A model generated the notes under the pieces. That model made no database searches and had not been told where the DNA came from. It worked only from the letters and a program-made list of their open reading frames with translations. Shown piece after piece: positions 1 through 14,150 of a stretch of 60,257 nucleotides of DNA. How positions within the stretch are numbered: the stretch's first letter is position 1; each line of letters starts with the position of its first letter. A program made the translations under genes and the position numbers. The stretch is taken from assembly GCA_964252035.1 (NCBI GenBank), contig CAXUOO010000130.1; one strand, given 5' to 3'. The stretch comes from Podarcis erhardii. Taxonomy: Eukaryota.

Positions 1-3000
1 ATGATTGAAATATCAGGCTTTCATCACTGTTATTGTTAGTCATTTCCATTTTTGTCCTACGAAAGAGTGCTTTGCACAAGCTGAACAGTGTCCGGCTAAC
101 AAAATTAAAGTGCATATCTTGGACCTCGCGTAGGACATACTCGTCACATCTTTCTCTACACAGCTCGTACCAATGCTGGAACTTAGCACTGTATTCAACT
201 GCGCCCGGCCAATTAATCCGTACAAATGTAATTCAATATTCGTCTGTTGCGTCAGTTTTTCTTCTGCAGGTTTACTAAGTGCTCGGATTGTGTTTCTATC
301 GGGTTGCAGTTTTCAAGCGGCGAGCTTCTGGGGTCTTGTAGGAACTGCGACAAAGCTTATGAATTCATGTAGCTACATCAAGTTTATAAAGCACATGCAC
401 GCCCAGGTCCTGGACTAGTAGAAAACACTGCACCGACAAAATGGCAGTCTTGCAGAGTCAGATTGTACAGTCTAATGTATGTGGCGCCTCAAATATTCAG
501 ACTCTCTAGCAGGACATAGTATGTGTGGAAATAATTGTATATATATATATATATATATATATGACTTCATGCAATGAAGTCGAAATGAAACAGCGGCACA
601 TGCAGGAATTGTTCTAGTCGCAGGCGCAACAAGCATGAGTATCTTATATGTCAAAACGATAACGCAAAGTTGCAGGCCAAGCCGACTTTTCTGGCACGAC
701 ATTTTGGTAGCCATACGTTGGTATTATAAAAAACCTGGGTGTCCAGTAAAATCCATTCACAATTTTCGATTGAAATGTACTGAGATTCCTAAGCAGATAT
801 ATGCCCATACCTGTATTCTACGTGAAAGATGCAGCTTTCATGCTGCTGGTTTTTTTGTTCATAATCGCATACACATTACAGTTGATGAGCTTGAAGCCGA
901 TAATCTTCGATAGGAAAACGCAAGGCGACGCCGCAACAGCATAATTAATCAATGAATTGTCACAATGAAATCATGTTTGTACAGACTCTGCCAAGTTTTT
1001 TATCGCTCATCTCCTAAGAGCACCGGCATTCTGATTGGTGCTGCAATATCTCATTCTTCAGTCTCTCTGCGCTTCTTTCGTGATGTGGCTGCTCCGGCAC
1101 CCCCTTACGACTGCATCATAAATATTCAATATTGTATTTGCGCTGGCACAGAGTCCATATCGGTCACAGATGTTGCGGCTTTGAAGAGTCTCGCGCAACA
1201 GAATAGACATAGAGCAAGCAGTAGTAGAACAGTGAAACTTGGTGAATAGCGTTTCCGTTTTTTTGATGGTGGTAAAGGGCTCACGCACTTTCTCTCAGTA
1301 CAAAAGTTTGCACACTAAACCAGAAAAGTCTGACTTTTACTATTGTTTACGCTTTGATATTAATCTCTTAGAAGGTCATAACAAATGGAAAAGCTTGTAG
1401 GATACGATATGTATACACGTATGAGTACATATATCTATAAGGTTGAGTGTATGGTTTTTATGCATTTGCCTGATCCTAATGTCGACACTGCCTTTGCAAA
1501 GAAGCTGTGCCGATCGCATAAGTAGGACGACATTTTGCAACGAACACTTAGTGGCTTGCGTTTTAGACATTGAAGCGGCGGAAAGAATTAAAACCACATA
1601 CAAGCTTGAATTTCTTATGTTTTGGTTTGAGCTCGTCATAAGCGATGAACTAGTGTTATCTTATGTACATCAAAGCGCGTCCTCAATTCACGCTTGTGAC
1701 CGAATGTAGTGTAGAAATATCACGTTCAACAGAAGGACGAGTACTAAAGAAGGTTTAATCTCATTATGCTTGTACTTGTTAAACTGGCGGATAATATGGC
1801 ACTACATAGACCTTGTTCGTCAGACGAGTATGACAGTGAACGACACCTATTCTCCGTTGAGAAGCACCTGAACAGCTTCTCTACTGACGGAGGGGGGCGA
1901 AATCAAATGGTTGTATAGTTTTTGTATATTTTGGAGCACGCACCTGTTCTCACATGCTGTATCCATATACATATATATGTATACATTTACGTACTTATAT
2001 ACATATATATATATATTTATTTATTTTTTATTTTTTTCAGTTATTCGTCTAGATATATATGTATAACATTGATTTATATAGATGTATATGTCTAAAAACA
2101 TCTGCATGTGTGGTCTTTTTCGTGAGAGGTCTGTTTCGGTAAAATATCTTTCGATGAAACTTTTTTCCAAGTGTGGTTCTAAACACTATTGCATATTACT
2201 GTACAACAAGAACATTTTCACGTCATTTGTACGTGTAGTGCACGCTTTTGTGCACTCATATACTGCGTATGCTGATCAGCACATTAATCTATCAATAAGG
2301 GACTCGTGAAATTTAACCGGCTCAGCACTCTAGGTCACAAAAACAGCACAGCAAGGCCAACAGCACGGTCGATTTGTTTGAAACCTGTTTTTGAATGCTG
2401 AATTATAGTATATAAAAGGTTTGATTTCTATAATCTCGAAAGGTTTGTTAGAATGCCTCAGCTCTTAGCTTTATGCAGCAAGTCCGGCCACGTGCATGCC
2501 TGTCTAAGAGCGAATCCCGCGCGTAACACAAACACAGCAGCTGCGCGCTGTTCTCGGAAACTTTCCAAGAATGTGCACAGCTGGCGACGCATACACAAAT
2601 CCGGCGACGTAAAAGTCTCTCCACTTCGACGTCTACAGGATTCAGAGCAAACATAAATATATATGAAGCTTGATGTACGGCAGCTTGAAGTACACCGTTG
2701 ATTCTATCTCTGCGCATAGTGCAAGTGCCCACGCGTCCACAATTTTATCGTAAGACCAACCGAGTGTGCAATATCCAGGCTGCAATTCCAGTAGATCGAT
2801 TCTTCGATGCGGCATCGTAAAGCTCTGTAGCCTACCATTTTGTGGTACGAAAAGACATATTCTTATTAGGCTTTACTTGCAGTGATACAACAAAGAAGCT
2901 GTTTGTTCAGGGCCGGCTTTCTGCTAGGCTTATATGCTACCTTTCCTCGATTCAAAGCTCAAAAGCTTCTCGATGCCTACATTGAAGATACGTTGCACAA

Positions 3001-3514
3001 ATCAAGCAGTATAACAGTTTTATTTCGATGAATGAATTCACTTCATCAGAGTACAAATATACTTTGCGCTCTGCTGTTGTTTCTGTTTACATCTCCAAGG
3101 TCTGCCAACTTTGCAATATCCGCAATTTTTTCCCGATGAGTATGTCTTTCGTAATTTTCCTCGTTTTGAGCCTCACTTCCCTTTGGAGGAATTCGTCTTG
3201 CACAAGCACTATTGAGGCGCGCTGATGCCTCATGCACTGCTCTGTAGAGGGCCCAAAAATTCTAGTTGCAACCTTGTACTCACCTTTGCAGTCCAAAGAG
3301 ACGCGAAACACCAAATAGATTTTCAGGATCAATGCGAACTTTGAGCTATGAATATGGTCTGGATTTTTATACTGGTCTAGAACAACAGGTGTAAACTATT
3401 ACACGATTGATTTATTAGCGCTACATTAGAATTTATGAGCTAGTGAAACTAATGTTTTATACAATTATGTCTACACGCATATACATTTATGAATATATTC
3501 ATAAAGTTAGGCGC

Positions 3515-3519
3515 ATATA

Positions 3520-3560
<41 letters not shown>
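3515..3560. repeat. (TA)n microsatellite
   Basis: Direct reading; one interruption. Similar tracts lie at ~540-562, 4059-4108 and 7845-7874. Confidence 0.95.
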
Positions 3561-4073
3561 GCGTACACGTTTCCGTAATATTACGCACTATGGTGAGCTT
3601 GAAGCAGAGTTGACTTCGTCTAAAATCAAAACAACCGTATTCATCTCATTTGTATTCGGTTTTTTTTTTCAAGTTGGGCCGCTGATGCTGAATGGGCTAC
3701 AAGAAAAGAACTGTGTGAATGCTAGACATCACACTAGTATGAGCTCTTCTGATGGTACCAGATATCGACGTAATGCTTTACATATTTTACACGCCTGTGT
3801 TGTATACGATGACGACCGTCTTTTCCGACAAAGAGAATTTCAACAAATTCCGACTATATGCTTGATGGTGTCGCGTATCGGTTTTGGGTGTTCCGTATTA
3901 GCATTGCATTTTCACGATCAGTGCGGCATCAATACTGATTTTACATGACATGAATGGAGATTTGTGTTTTACATAGGAGCAATTACGTTGCTGATATAAC
4001 GATTTGATCTGCTTCATGTTTTAATACTCATGGAGTTCTGCGAGACAATACATATGTAATATATATATACATA

Positions 4074-4106
<33 letters not shown>

Positions 4107-6857
4107 CATATAAGGACTAAAATTGCATGTGTTTTGATAATAGGGAAAATGAACTATGAGAGGTCCTACCCGATTGCAACCTGGAATAGGATAGATTTTG
4201 AGACTATATATCTTGTCATTTTCCGCAAAAGTGTATGTAAAATCGCAAGTCGGTTGATGTGCGTCCACATGTTTTTGAATGCAAACCTTCAACGTACATG
4301 AGAATTCTCTAATATGGTACGAGTGAACTGTGGGAAATAAAAGCTTTTACTTGTTGCAGCGATGTTGTCCTATTTGTGAAATACATGTTGGACAGCAACG
4401 TATTCTGAACGAGCGACGTAAGGAAGGAGAACAAAATAAACAAGTTGCTCACAATACTGCCGCACTTGTGGCCATTCTTACTGCAGCGCAACTCTGCAAC
4501 AATTTGACGGGAATTGCTTGCTGTCGAGCTCGGCTTGTGCAGTATATTTTCCCGCACGAACCTCAGAAATTTGGTGTGCAAAGTACACACCTTCTTTATC
4601 TGCCGGATAAAAGGTGCATTTTCTACAGTTGTAGTCGTCGAATATTTCAATGCTTTGTCTCGTCTGATGTGTCCCTCATATCAAGAAGAGCAAAACAAAC
4701 ATTCGCCACAAAGCGCTTTCGTGTGAAAAACTAATCAGTCCCCACGTGCACTAAATACAATAAAAAAAGAATGAGCTGTTCAAATGTCGTCTGCTTCCTT
4801 TCAAGCCTCGAATACCGCTCCCTATAACGTTAGATCCAATCATATTCTATAAGCGACCTCAATGCGGGACTGCCATAATCTGGCAGTCTGAAGGTTTACA
4901 AATGCAGCAGTCGCACTTGAATTGATATTTTGTCGATACGAACTCAAATTTTCCCAATGAAGTCTTCATCTCCGGCTTGCAGGTGACACAGCTAAGGCTT
5001 ACTGCTTTGTCACTATGTATACATGTGTTTCTGCTGGTCTTGTCGTTGCGCATCACTCTGTTCCAGGAACCGATATCAGTCTCTTAGGTTCGCTTTATGA
5101 AAGTCTCTGCAGTTTTATTATTGACAGCACGATATGTACAAACGCAGCAAAGACAAAACTGCAGCTGGCTCTTTTAATCGGACTGCAAATCTGAACACTA
5201 GGCATAGAATGAAACTAAACCCTGGTCTGCTTATTAAGCCAGACTATGAGATCGCCACGGCGGTCGGAAACCTATATATACTTGCAGGTGCTATCGACCT
5301 GGTTTATAAATTTCATTTGCGTCTAGGTCCGCATAATTTGAAGCAAATTTGAGTTCATATACGTATATTCATAGATTTACGTTTATCTATTCCTACAAAC
5401 CAAAACATGTGCGGCTCTGACGAACATGGATGCAAGCGCTGTCAGCTCCTCAATGTTTGAGTAGAATTTTTGTGCCTTTTTGCATCAAGAATATAATATG
5501 AGACTACTTTGCGCGTCTTTTTCATAAAGCAGGAAGAGGCGTTAGAATCACATGCTCCAAGAACAATAATTTTCACAAAAATATCCACTATGTGGATTCA
5601 CATGAAGTCCAGGTAAACGTTCAAGTTTTTTTTAACACCTATGATTTCGTAAAGAGACCAGATATCTGCCCTATTGTTGCGAAGGCACATATGAACACAT
5701 TTCGTGGAAAAAATTACCCAGTAATCAATCTCTGCGGTTGGCATCAAATCAAAAATTCCCGCATAGATAACAAAAGTTGCCAAAATCAAATTCAGTATGC
5801 TTGTATTCCAGAATTCATGCAACTGCCGTCCTATCAAACAATAGCAGAAATCTGCTCGCATATTTCGAGTGTGGTTGCCTTCGTGCTGAACGTCGGGAAC
5901 TAAGGCCCTTTTCTCGATCAGCCGAAGCTAAGAGAATGCATTAGTGAAGGGGAAGAATTCCTCAAAAGAGAAAATAAAAATAACGTTTGCTCTGTTGGAA
6001 TGATAATTTTTTCATGAATATAAAAGCGTGATATAAGTGTTCTATGTAAATAATACCGGTTATGAGTACTAATACCTAGCACGAGAAACGCATTGTATAT
6101 TCTAATTATCCAAAGGATGCTAGGAGACTGAGCAGCAGCTCAAAATCATTCCCGCATGACTGAAAGTTTATCTGCCACGCTGTAGGATAGAAAATCTGGC
6201 AGTCAAAGATGAGTTTGAGCCCCACGCCAGTGAGTCGCGGCCAAGCACGCAGCTGGTTGGCTTTGAAGTTTCTGCAGCACAGCAATGAATGCAGGTGGCC
6301 TTTTCATTTCTTTCATACATTTCTGCACAACGTTACCGGTGCGCAAAATGCATTTTCAAACAAAATGTATATGCATCCACACTTTGGCTGGTCAAATGCT
6401 GGTTTCGGGTTGCATCAACAATCATAGTCCTCGGCACGCTGTGTTTGTGACATCCTTTCGTAAGTTAGTATTTCGAAGTAGGTCCATCTGTGCTAAATTG
6501 GCGTGAATACCTCTGGAACAGCTTCATCTTAATCTATAACTGCAAATGGTAAGGGGTGTTCATCTACTACTACAGCTAAGATCTTGCTCTGTTTAAACTA
6601 GAAATAATCCTACTGTCTGGCACTTTGAATACTGAGCATACGAGCTGCAATCGTTTCTGTGCGCAAGCTTGACTGGAAACTGCGTTAGGTAACACATCAG
6701 CGTGAATGCGTTAGAGACCACTGCGCGACCATGATGCTATCAGTGGCACAGCTTGTACAATGCAGTCGTCTCTGTCTACAGACACTTTCAATTCTCACAC
6801 TGTTACTTACACTTTTTAGTCTCCAGATATAAGTGCTTTCTCGTGGACAACGTTGCT

Positions 6858-7083
6858 GCCCTGCGCTCCGTAATAATCGCAACTACTGAAATTGCATGGA
6901 CGCTAAACTTTTTTCCCAACACCGTAACACGACGGTGTATGAGATGCTTTAAAGGCTCGTTTACAAAAGTGCCCTGCGCTCCGTAATAATTGCAACTACC
7001 GAAATTGCGTGGACACTAAACTTTTTTCCCAACAACGTAACACGACGGTGTATGAGATGCTTTGAAGGGTCGTTTACAAAAGT
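6858..7083. repeat. Tandem duplication, 2 x 113 bp, ~94% identical
   Basis: The unit gccctgcgctccgtaataat...cgtttacaaaagt starts at 6858 and 6971. I counted 7 substitutions. Confidence 0.95.
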
Positions 7084-7842
7084 TAGCACACTGCTCATCC
7101 ACGTAAAAGCGCAACTGAAGCTGGCTTTTTGAAATTACATCTGGACTTTCAATACAGCCATTCTTTACACATCAGTGCTGCTACTGCATTGTCAGGATTT
7201 AAAGTATTTCACAACTACCTCGTTGGCGCTGCAGGACGGTACATTTGCTGACTAAGCATCACCGTAAATTCTAAAGGTCTTTAACATGAATATATATCCA
7301 TATATATGTTTATCACTGAATATATACATTTTACAGCACCTATACATATATGCATACACATATGAATGTTGAATGTCCAGTTGCACCCATTGTCATCATT
7401 TTTGAGTTTGAAACAGAGAAACCCTAACCCCACTTGTCCTGGTATACTTTTGATGCCGAATTCTTATTGTATTTTTCGCACCGAAGAGGATGCGGATTAG
7501 ACGTCTTGTATGAAAGGTGTATGAATTACACGGATCGTGAATCTTGTTTACATAATATCAGTGGACATAGTAGCTTCATACTACCAGTCGTTGAGGATCA
7601 CTCAGAGAAAATCAGAGCCAAAGCTAAGTCTAGGTGTTGATTGTGCAAACGAGGCTGCGTGGCAATCTCTTCTTGCAAATGTATAAACGTCGGCAATCAG
7701 AAGACCGCAGCGGCAACGCTAGTTTAAAATCCTCTTAACACGAAAAATAGCTTGCCTATCAAGCACACCGGTGTGCATTTGCTTTGTATTCATGCCGTCT
7801 GTGATATGATATTCTGTACAATTGTACGCACGTACGCATTTT

Positions 7843-7878
<36 letters not shown>

Positions 7879-10076
7879 GTAGGAAGTAGGACGCGATACT
7901 AGACTATCCTTGTACAATCTTCTCTAAAAAAAAATAAGTATGGCGTACCTCTACAGATAAGTATAACACACATTTTTTTTAAAAAAAGGCTTGACAGGTA
8001 AGTGTGTATTTGAGCGTAGCATCTAGACTCTGTTTTTTTGGTCAAGCAAAGTTCTACTAATAGACACAAATGTGAATTCTAGCACACTCAATTTAAGTGC
8101 GTTCGAGCACTGGTAGAGTCAGAATCCTCTTGTCCATCTGCTTGAAATCACATGACGAAAATAACCTGGAGCTCAGATGTAAAAAAAAATAAAATATATT
8201 TGTATATTTATTCTGCGTTGCGGTGGAATACTGGGATGCTTTTTCTGGACCATCTTTTTTTGAAGGCTATCCGCTTGAATCCACATGGCGGGCATTACGT
8301 GGAGCTCGCTAAGTCCATTATGGCAGAAGCACGCTTGGCCGTCGTAGAAGCAATTAATCGCGGCCTGTGTGTAAGCCAATGTGGCCCGATAGCTACGTGA
8401 TAGTGGAGTGCGTGATATGGGTGCAGCCAAGCAACTCTGTGTCAACGGTTCTAGAGAACGTGATAAAATATCACAGCCCAAAACCTTCTTGCTGGCAAAG
8501 CTGATGACATTTTCTGGCATTTAAGACTAATAGCCCACATTTCACGTTTCAAGGAGACTAGATGTCTGCTATGCGTATCTGATTAAATTCGTTCATTGTG
8601 TAAGAGTGTGCAACGCAAATGGTCTTCAACTACGAGAAAGATCTGCAACCGATAATTCTATTGTAATGCGTTTGAGTGCGGTGTGTAAACCAAAACAAAT
8701 TGCAGCTGAACAAGTAGATTGCTTGCTTTGACTGCCCATTTTTGCTTCAAAATCTCAATGTGTCATATTTGATCCGACAATTCTGTAGGTAACCCTGATG
8801 GAGACACACTTTAACATAAAGAGCCTTATACTGAACGCAGCCGCTGTGAAAGTTGTGACCTCTCGCTGTTACATACTATGCATTATAGTCGTTTCCGTGC
8901 AGCTGCTCCTTCATTGGCGACGCTGCATCTGCGAGCGTCTATATAAATCTGCATACAGACGGATTGTATGGATCGTTTGCGGAGCATCTTCTCGGTCTGT
9001 TGCGACTATATATGGAGAGAGAGAGAGAGGGAAAGGGAGAGAGAGGTACGCTACTGAAAGGCTTGCAGAATCTGACATGCCGCAGAATTACATACAATAC
9101 AGTATGTGCCTAGAACAAACGTGTCTTCCTTCGAAGAAGGGTAATGTATCACATCTGCAAAGCAACACTTACTATATTAGCAAAAACAATCGAATAAAAT
9201 TTATTTTCCTCCAATTGGGCTGTATCGCGGAGACACCTCGATCGATGCTTGCGGTATTTACTACCATAAATATACACTAATTGCTCGAAACAGAAGTGAC
9301 CCCATAAGAGAAAGCTAATTTGCTGAATGTGCAAAGACACTATCTGCTACAGTAGCTACTATAGTTGAGTTGTATACCTCAAATCAAGTGTGTTGTATCG
9401 CGGACACAACTCAGTCAATACATGCAATACAATATACTATACGTGTGTCCCCCTTCATAGAAGCCTGACTTGCTGAGTTCGCGAAAGCAGTGAGGACTAC
9501 GATAGAAAGTAGAGTTGAATTGCATTTGCCCTAGTTCAATTGTCTTCATCGTGTCCACCACTCAACCAAATACGCGGTGCTTACACAGACCGTATAGTAC
9601 ACACTATGTTCGTTGAAAAAAAGCGTCTTTCTTTATAGAAGGTCAATTTGCTAAAGTTGCAAAAGCAATATTTACTATTATACCAACAGCATATACAATC
9701 CCCGGAGAAGGGACAATCTAATCAACTTTTCAGACTACGGAGATGAATATTGGATCGTGCAAAGAGTCTGAACCTCCACACCGACTCTGACGAGTACACT
9801 TGTGACATATAACAATCCCTTTAAAGCATTCTAAGTGACAAGACACATCAAGAAACATGTATACATATATGATATATATATATATATGAAAGTATGAATT
9901 ACATTTCTCCGATGATATGCGCATGCATATATGAAATATAAGAAAATCAATAGCAGGTCGTTTTTTGCAGTGAAGAGCACGACAGGTCAGTCTCTTATCT
10001 GTGAATATCAATTCACGTTTGAATCTAAGCCGCTGGTAGTTTGTTGAGCTTTACAAGATAAGAAATACGTGTTTCG

Positions 10077-10079
<3 letters not shown>

Positions 10080-10127
<48 letters not shown>
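10080..10127. repeat. (TA)n microsatellite
   Basis: Perfect TA run. Similar tracts lie at 11727-11778 and ~14116-14150. Confidence 0.97.
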
Positions 10128-10130
<3 letters not shown>

Positions 10131-11726
10131 CACATGCGTTTGACAAGTGCACAGAAAAACAAACTTGTCGTTTGGAATGTCTACATAAGTCTGAGAGTAT
10201 CCTAAACACTTTGTCGATATGTGATATAGTAAACACTCTTCGCTCTGTGTCGTCTGAAAAACAACAACGCATTCATCTAGGAAACTGATTTTTACGCGGG
10301 AGACTGGATTATGGTCTTCATGTGCGTTGTGGTGGAACATGAACAGAATTGCAATATGAGTTTTATGTGCTGTTTCCTCAACGAAATGAAGTCTTCAGAT
10401 CCACAATATACTAATTACGGCTCCCTTTGTATTATAATCTGTGTAACATTCTGGTTTTGCACTGCCGTGTATAGCTTGCGAAGACGTATGTACATTTATT
10501 TTCAAAAATAGGTCGTGTTGGTCTTTCGTACGTGAAAGGTGCAATTTGATCAGTGAGACTGCACCTAATAAGCTCTTGAGATTGTGGGACTTTATACAAG
10601 GTCCTACACAAGGCTCCTCGTGCACGCTCGCACGTCTATGAGACGTGTATCCAAATCTAACTTACGCACACTTTTTATATAGAAAAAGTCGGGAGGCAAT
10701 ACTTTGACGTGACAAAGCGATGTTCTTCCGTTTTTTAAGTTGGATCTACATTAACACAAGTATTTTATCTTTTCTGCTGACAAAAATGCTTGCCTTTTTC
10801 TCGACATTCCGACGTACATTATACATTCAATGAAGCTAGCGCGTTCGCTCAGAGAGGCTTCACCTGGCGCCACAGCTGCTCAACCGTGGAATGAGGGATA
10901 GAGTTCTAAAACTGAAATTCCTTCCAGTGTCCCAAATTTTTGATAAACTTTGTTTTTTCGAACCAAGACGCATTTAAAAACGAGATATATGCCGCCTTTT
11001 CTATGTCATTTTTATGTTTAAAAAACTTTTGAAAGGTAAGTCAGCTTCTCCACTGCGATAGGCCATGAGTACCGAGACATCCACTCCAAGGTTCGTGTAC
11101 TCGACACATATTCTCCATAGATCGGCCATAATTTGCTAGTGCAGCACAGTATTTATGACACCTGATAAACAAAAATCCCGCGCTTCAAAACTCTGCAAAG
11201 AATCTTTGCTGGCGTTTTGCCAGGTCAAGGATTTACACACTGCGCTTTCCATCTTCCAGTAGAGGGCCTTTCGTCGTCGAAACCCCCGAATAAACAAGTC
11301 ACATTAGTGCGTCGATTATCGACGGCATGGCTTCATGCGGGTTTGGAAACGAATTATAAACCCTTGTTTTTCTCTTCGCACAGTTGTACTGTGTGCAATC
11401 GTCCAATACTATCTATGCGTGCTATTGAATGGTGTCGGTGTTGCTTGGTACTCTGTTACGGTCTATTAATGTTGTAATGTCGCATTATAAAGCGCTACAA
11501 GAGAGTGACAAGACCGTTAAACAACGCATGGGCAATTTCGGTAGAAGCAGAAGCTCGAACTATTTTTCCCGAACAATGAGCTGACGCTTACCCTATAACG
11601 GTTTACCAAACAATTGACGTCTGAAAGTATGATCAATCCCTTCCAGCAGCAGTTGCGGGAGGTCACATTGAAAAGTGCAAATGTTGACGCTTATCGCAAA
11701 TTGAGCTCGTGCTTAGATCTACGTAC

Positions 11727-11783
<57 letters not shown>

Positions 11784-13594
11784 CAAGTAATATGTATGTG
11801 CACGTGGACGATAGTATTTAGGTTGGTGCAGAGAAACAGAGGGATGCCACTTTTGTCTTGCAAGAATTGATTCAATCGTGTACCCTACGCGCTAGTGCGC
11901 TCTTTTAAACTCAAAGAAACAATACGAAACAATGTCGTATCGAAGCATGCTGGATCAAATATGTAAAAGCACACTCTTGCATGATGTCTACATGAATGAT
12001 GACAATAAAGTTAGTGCTGATAAATAGCAACCGTGTAGCGGTTGTATTTTGTAAGCCACACAATACCGAAAATAATAATGTATTTTGATCACCAGTCTCT
12101 GCACATGAGCTGGGTTGACTCTTTTGACAGCCCCTTAATAAACAGTAAGCACTAGAGACTGCGAGACTAGTTCAGCTTTTCCGTTTCTTGAGAAACGCTA
12201 AATTTTTCTTTTTCAAAACATCATAAGACATGTTTCTTGTCAATATTTTGACCGGCAATTTCAAAGTCTGGTTCATGCTCTATTGGGATGTCTACTGTAT
12301 GTCCACACCGAGTTGCAGAAACAGAAAGTCACCTGATATTACTTTAAGATTATGTACAATTGATTGAAAATATGTGTATGAAAATTTTTTTAGGTGTAGT
12401 CACAGGTATTTGTATGCGCGGTTGTTTTCGATGCATCATGAAATAGATGATTATATAGTGGGATACCTTATGAGGTCACGATCTCTGTCTACTATGCACA
12501 TGAGTTTCTTTGGTTTGATATTACGTTACCTTTCCGTCTCTTCTCAAGATAGATACATGCTTATCATACGGGCGCTGTAAGGTTTGCGGCTTACACATGA
12601 AATGAAACGAAATTTGTGTAGTTTTGAGTTCTGGACGATTGTTCTTTCAGCTTCCGGCCGCTGCTCCGAAGCCGCAAAAGCATTAGAGCCTTTGACAAAT
12701 CCGCTTGTATAACTTATTAGATTTCTACAGTAGCACAGTCTTGAAGGAAAGAACTATATATACGAGCAACGATATCGAGTTGGAATGGGGGGCTGGGCTG
12801 ACGTGTGCGAATCTGAATACGCGTATACTATCTTTTCCACGACTTGTCGTTTGTCTCGCTGTAATTTCAGCGGAGACCATACACGGAACACGAGGATAAC
12901 ATATATATTAGCATGCAACATGATTGGATCATTTCGGTCCGGTTTCGCAACCTTGCTAGCAAAGTGCGTAGGTTATATCTATACACAGATATCTTCAGCT
13001 TGTGAACTGTTTGTTACACAGAAACAACGAATGTCAGTATAAGAGATCCCAAGTCACTGTCTATATGATTTGGGGAAAGTGATATATATGATGCGCCACT
13101 CGATAATGTAGAACACTAACGTTCGCTGTTTGCAGAAATATGAGCAGGCAAGCTGATTGGATCTTTTTGTTCAACCATACGTGAAAATCTAGCGCCTTTT
13201 GATGAATGCTGTCACGTCCATTCTGCAGAGGTCACAGCTAAGAAGGCTTTTCTCATACACGCGGAAGTCGGAGGCGCCTGCTTTTCTCCTACCGTATCAA
13301 TTATCAGCGGAGACCAATGAAAAGAAAGCATTCACTATTAGATGTAGTGAAAAGTTTATCTGCCGTATCCCAGTTCTTCGAGGAAAACCAAATGTGAGCA
13401 TTCACAATATGTTCAAGGCGAGGATACTTCACGTAAGTAATTCAATCGAAGTGTGCTTCTTTTGCATATTGCTGAGACGAACATTTATTTATCCCGTGCC
13501 GTTCACTATCCCTAACAGCTGAAAAACCGTATCGTACGGCTGTTTGCACATGCATGGGTCGAACTTCACTTTTATTGAGGAAAATATATATTCC

Positions 13595-13704
13595 TCTGTA
13601 TAATATCAATAGAAGCAGGGTGCAAAGCGTCGGATCTAACGTCTGCTGATCTGTATAATATCAATAAGCAGGGTGCAAAGCGTCGGATCTAACGTCTGCT
13701 GATC
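13595..13704. repeat. Tandem duplication, 2 x ~55 bp
   Basis: The unit tctgtataatatcaatagaagcagggtgcaaagcgtcggatctaacgtctgctga starts at 13595 and 13650. The second copy has a 2-nt deletion. Confidence 0.93.
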
Positions 13705-14115
13705 AAAAGCAAGAGCTTTTTGTTCCATCAGTGTGTGCACCACAAAATACGGCAATCTGCGCAATTGAAACAGTCAACGCAACAGGAATAGACAAGTTGC
13801 GTTGAAACTCTGCCCTCCACGACGAAGTAAGAAAGTAATACACCTCAACTTCAACGGTGCGATGGTAACACAGTGAAACACCGCTTACACGACGTACTTT
13901 AGCGCTTTATCGATTCCTGTGTGTTATGTGAGTCGAGTATACCTGCACTAGCTCCTTTCATCCACATTCCTACACTATGATCAGATTAAATTCTTCGCAT
14001 ACTATTTGTTATTGCCATTGTGCCCAGAATGAAGCGTCAGAATAGACGGTCACTAACAAATGGACAGAATTGTTTCAAGGCTTCGATCCAAATGTGCAAA
14101 TCTTTACAGTATCGT

Positions 14116-14150
<35 letters not shown>

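Noticed and set aside
4309-5903. Cluster of 100-134-aa ORFs on both strands
   Set aside because: No family motif and no consistent splice chain; within chance length range.
7419-7430. Telomere-like AAACCCTAACCC
   Set aside because: Fewer than two units; expected by chance.
13774-13805. 10-bp hairpin TCAACGCAAC/GTTGCGTTGA; also 8-9-bp hairpins near 4870, 20850-20879 and 33790
   Set aside because: Stems of this length are expected about once or more per 60 kb by chance.
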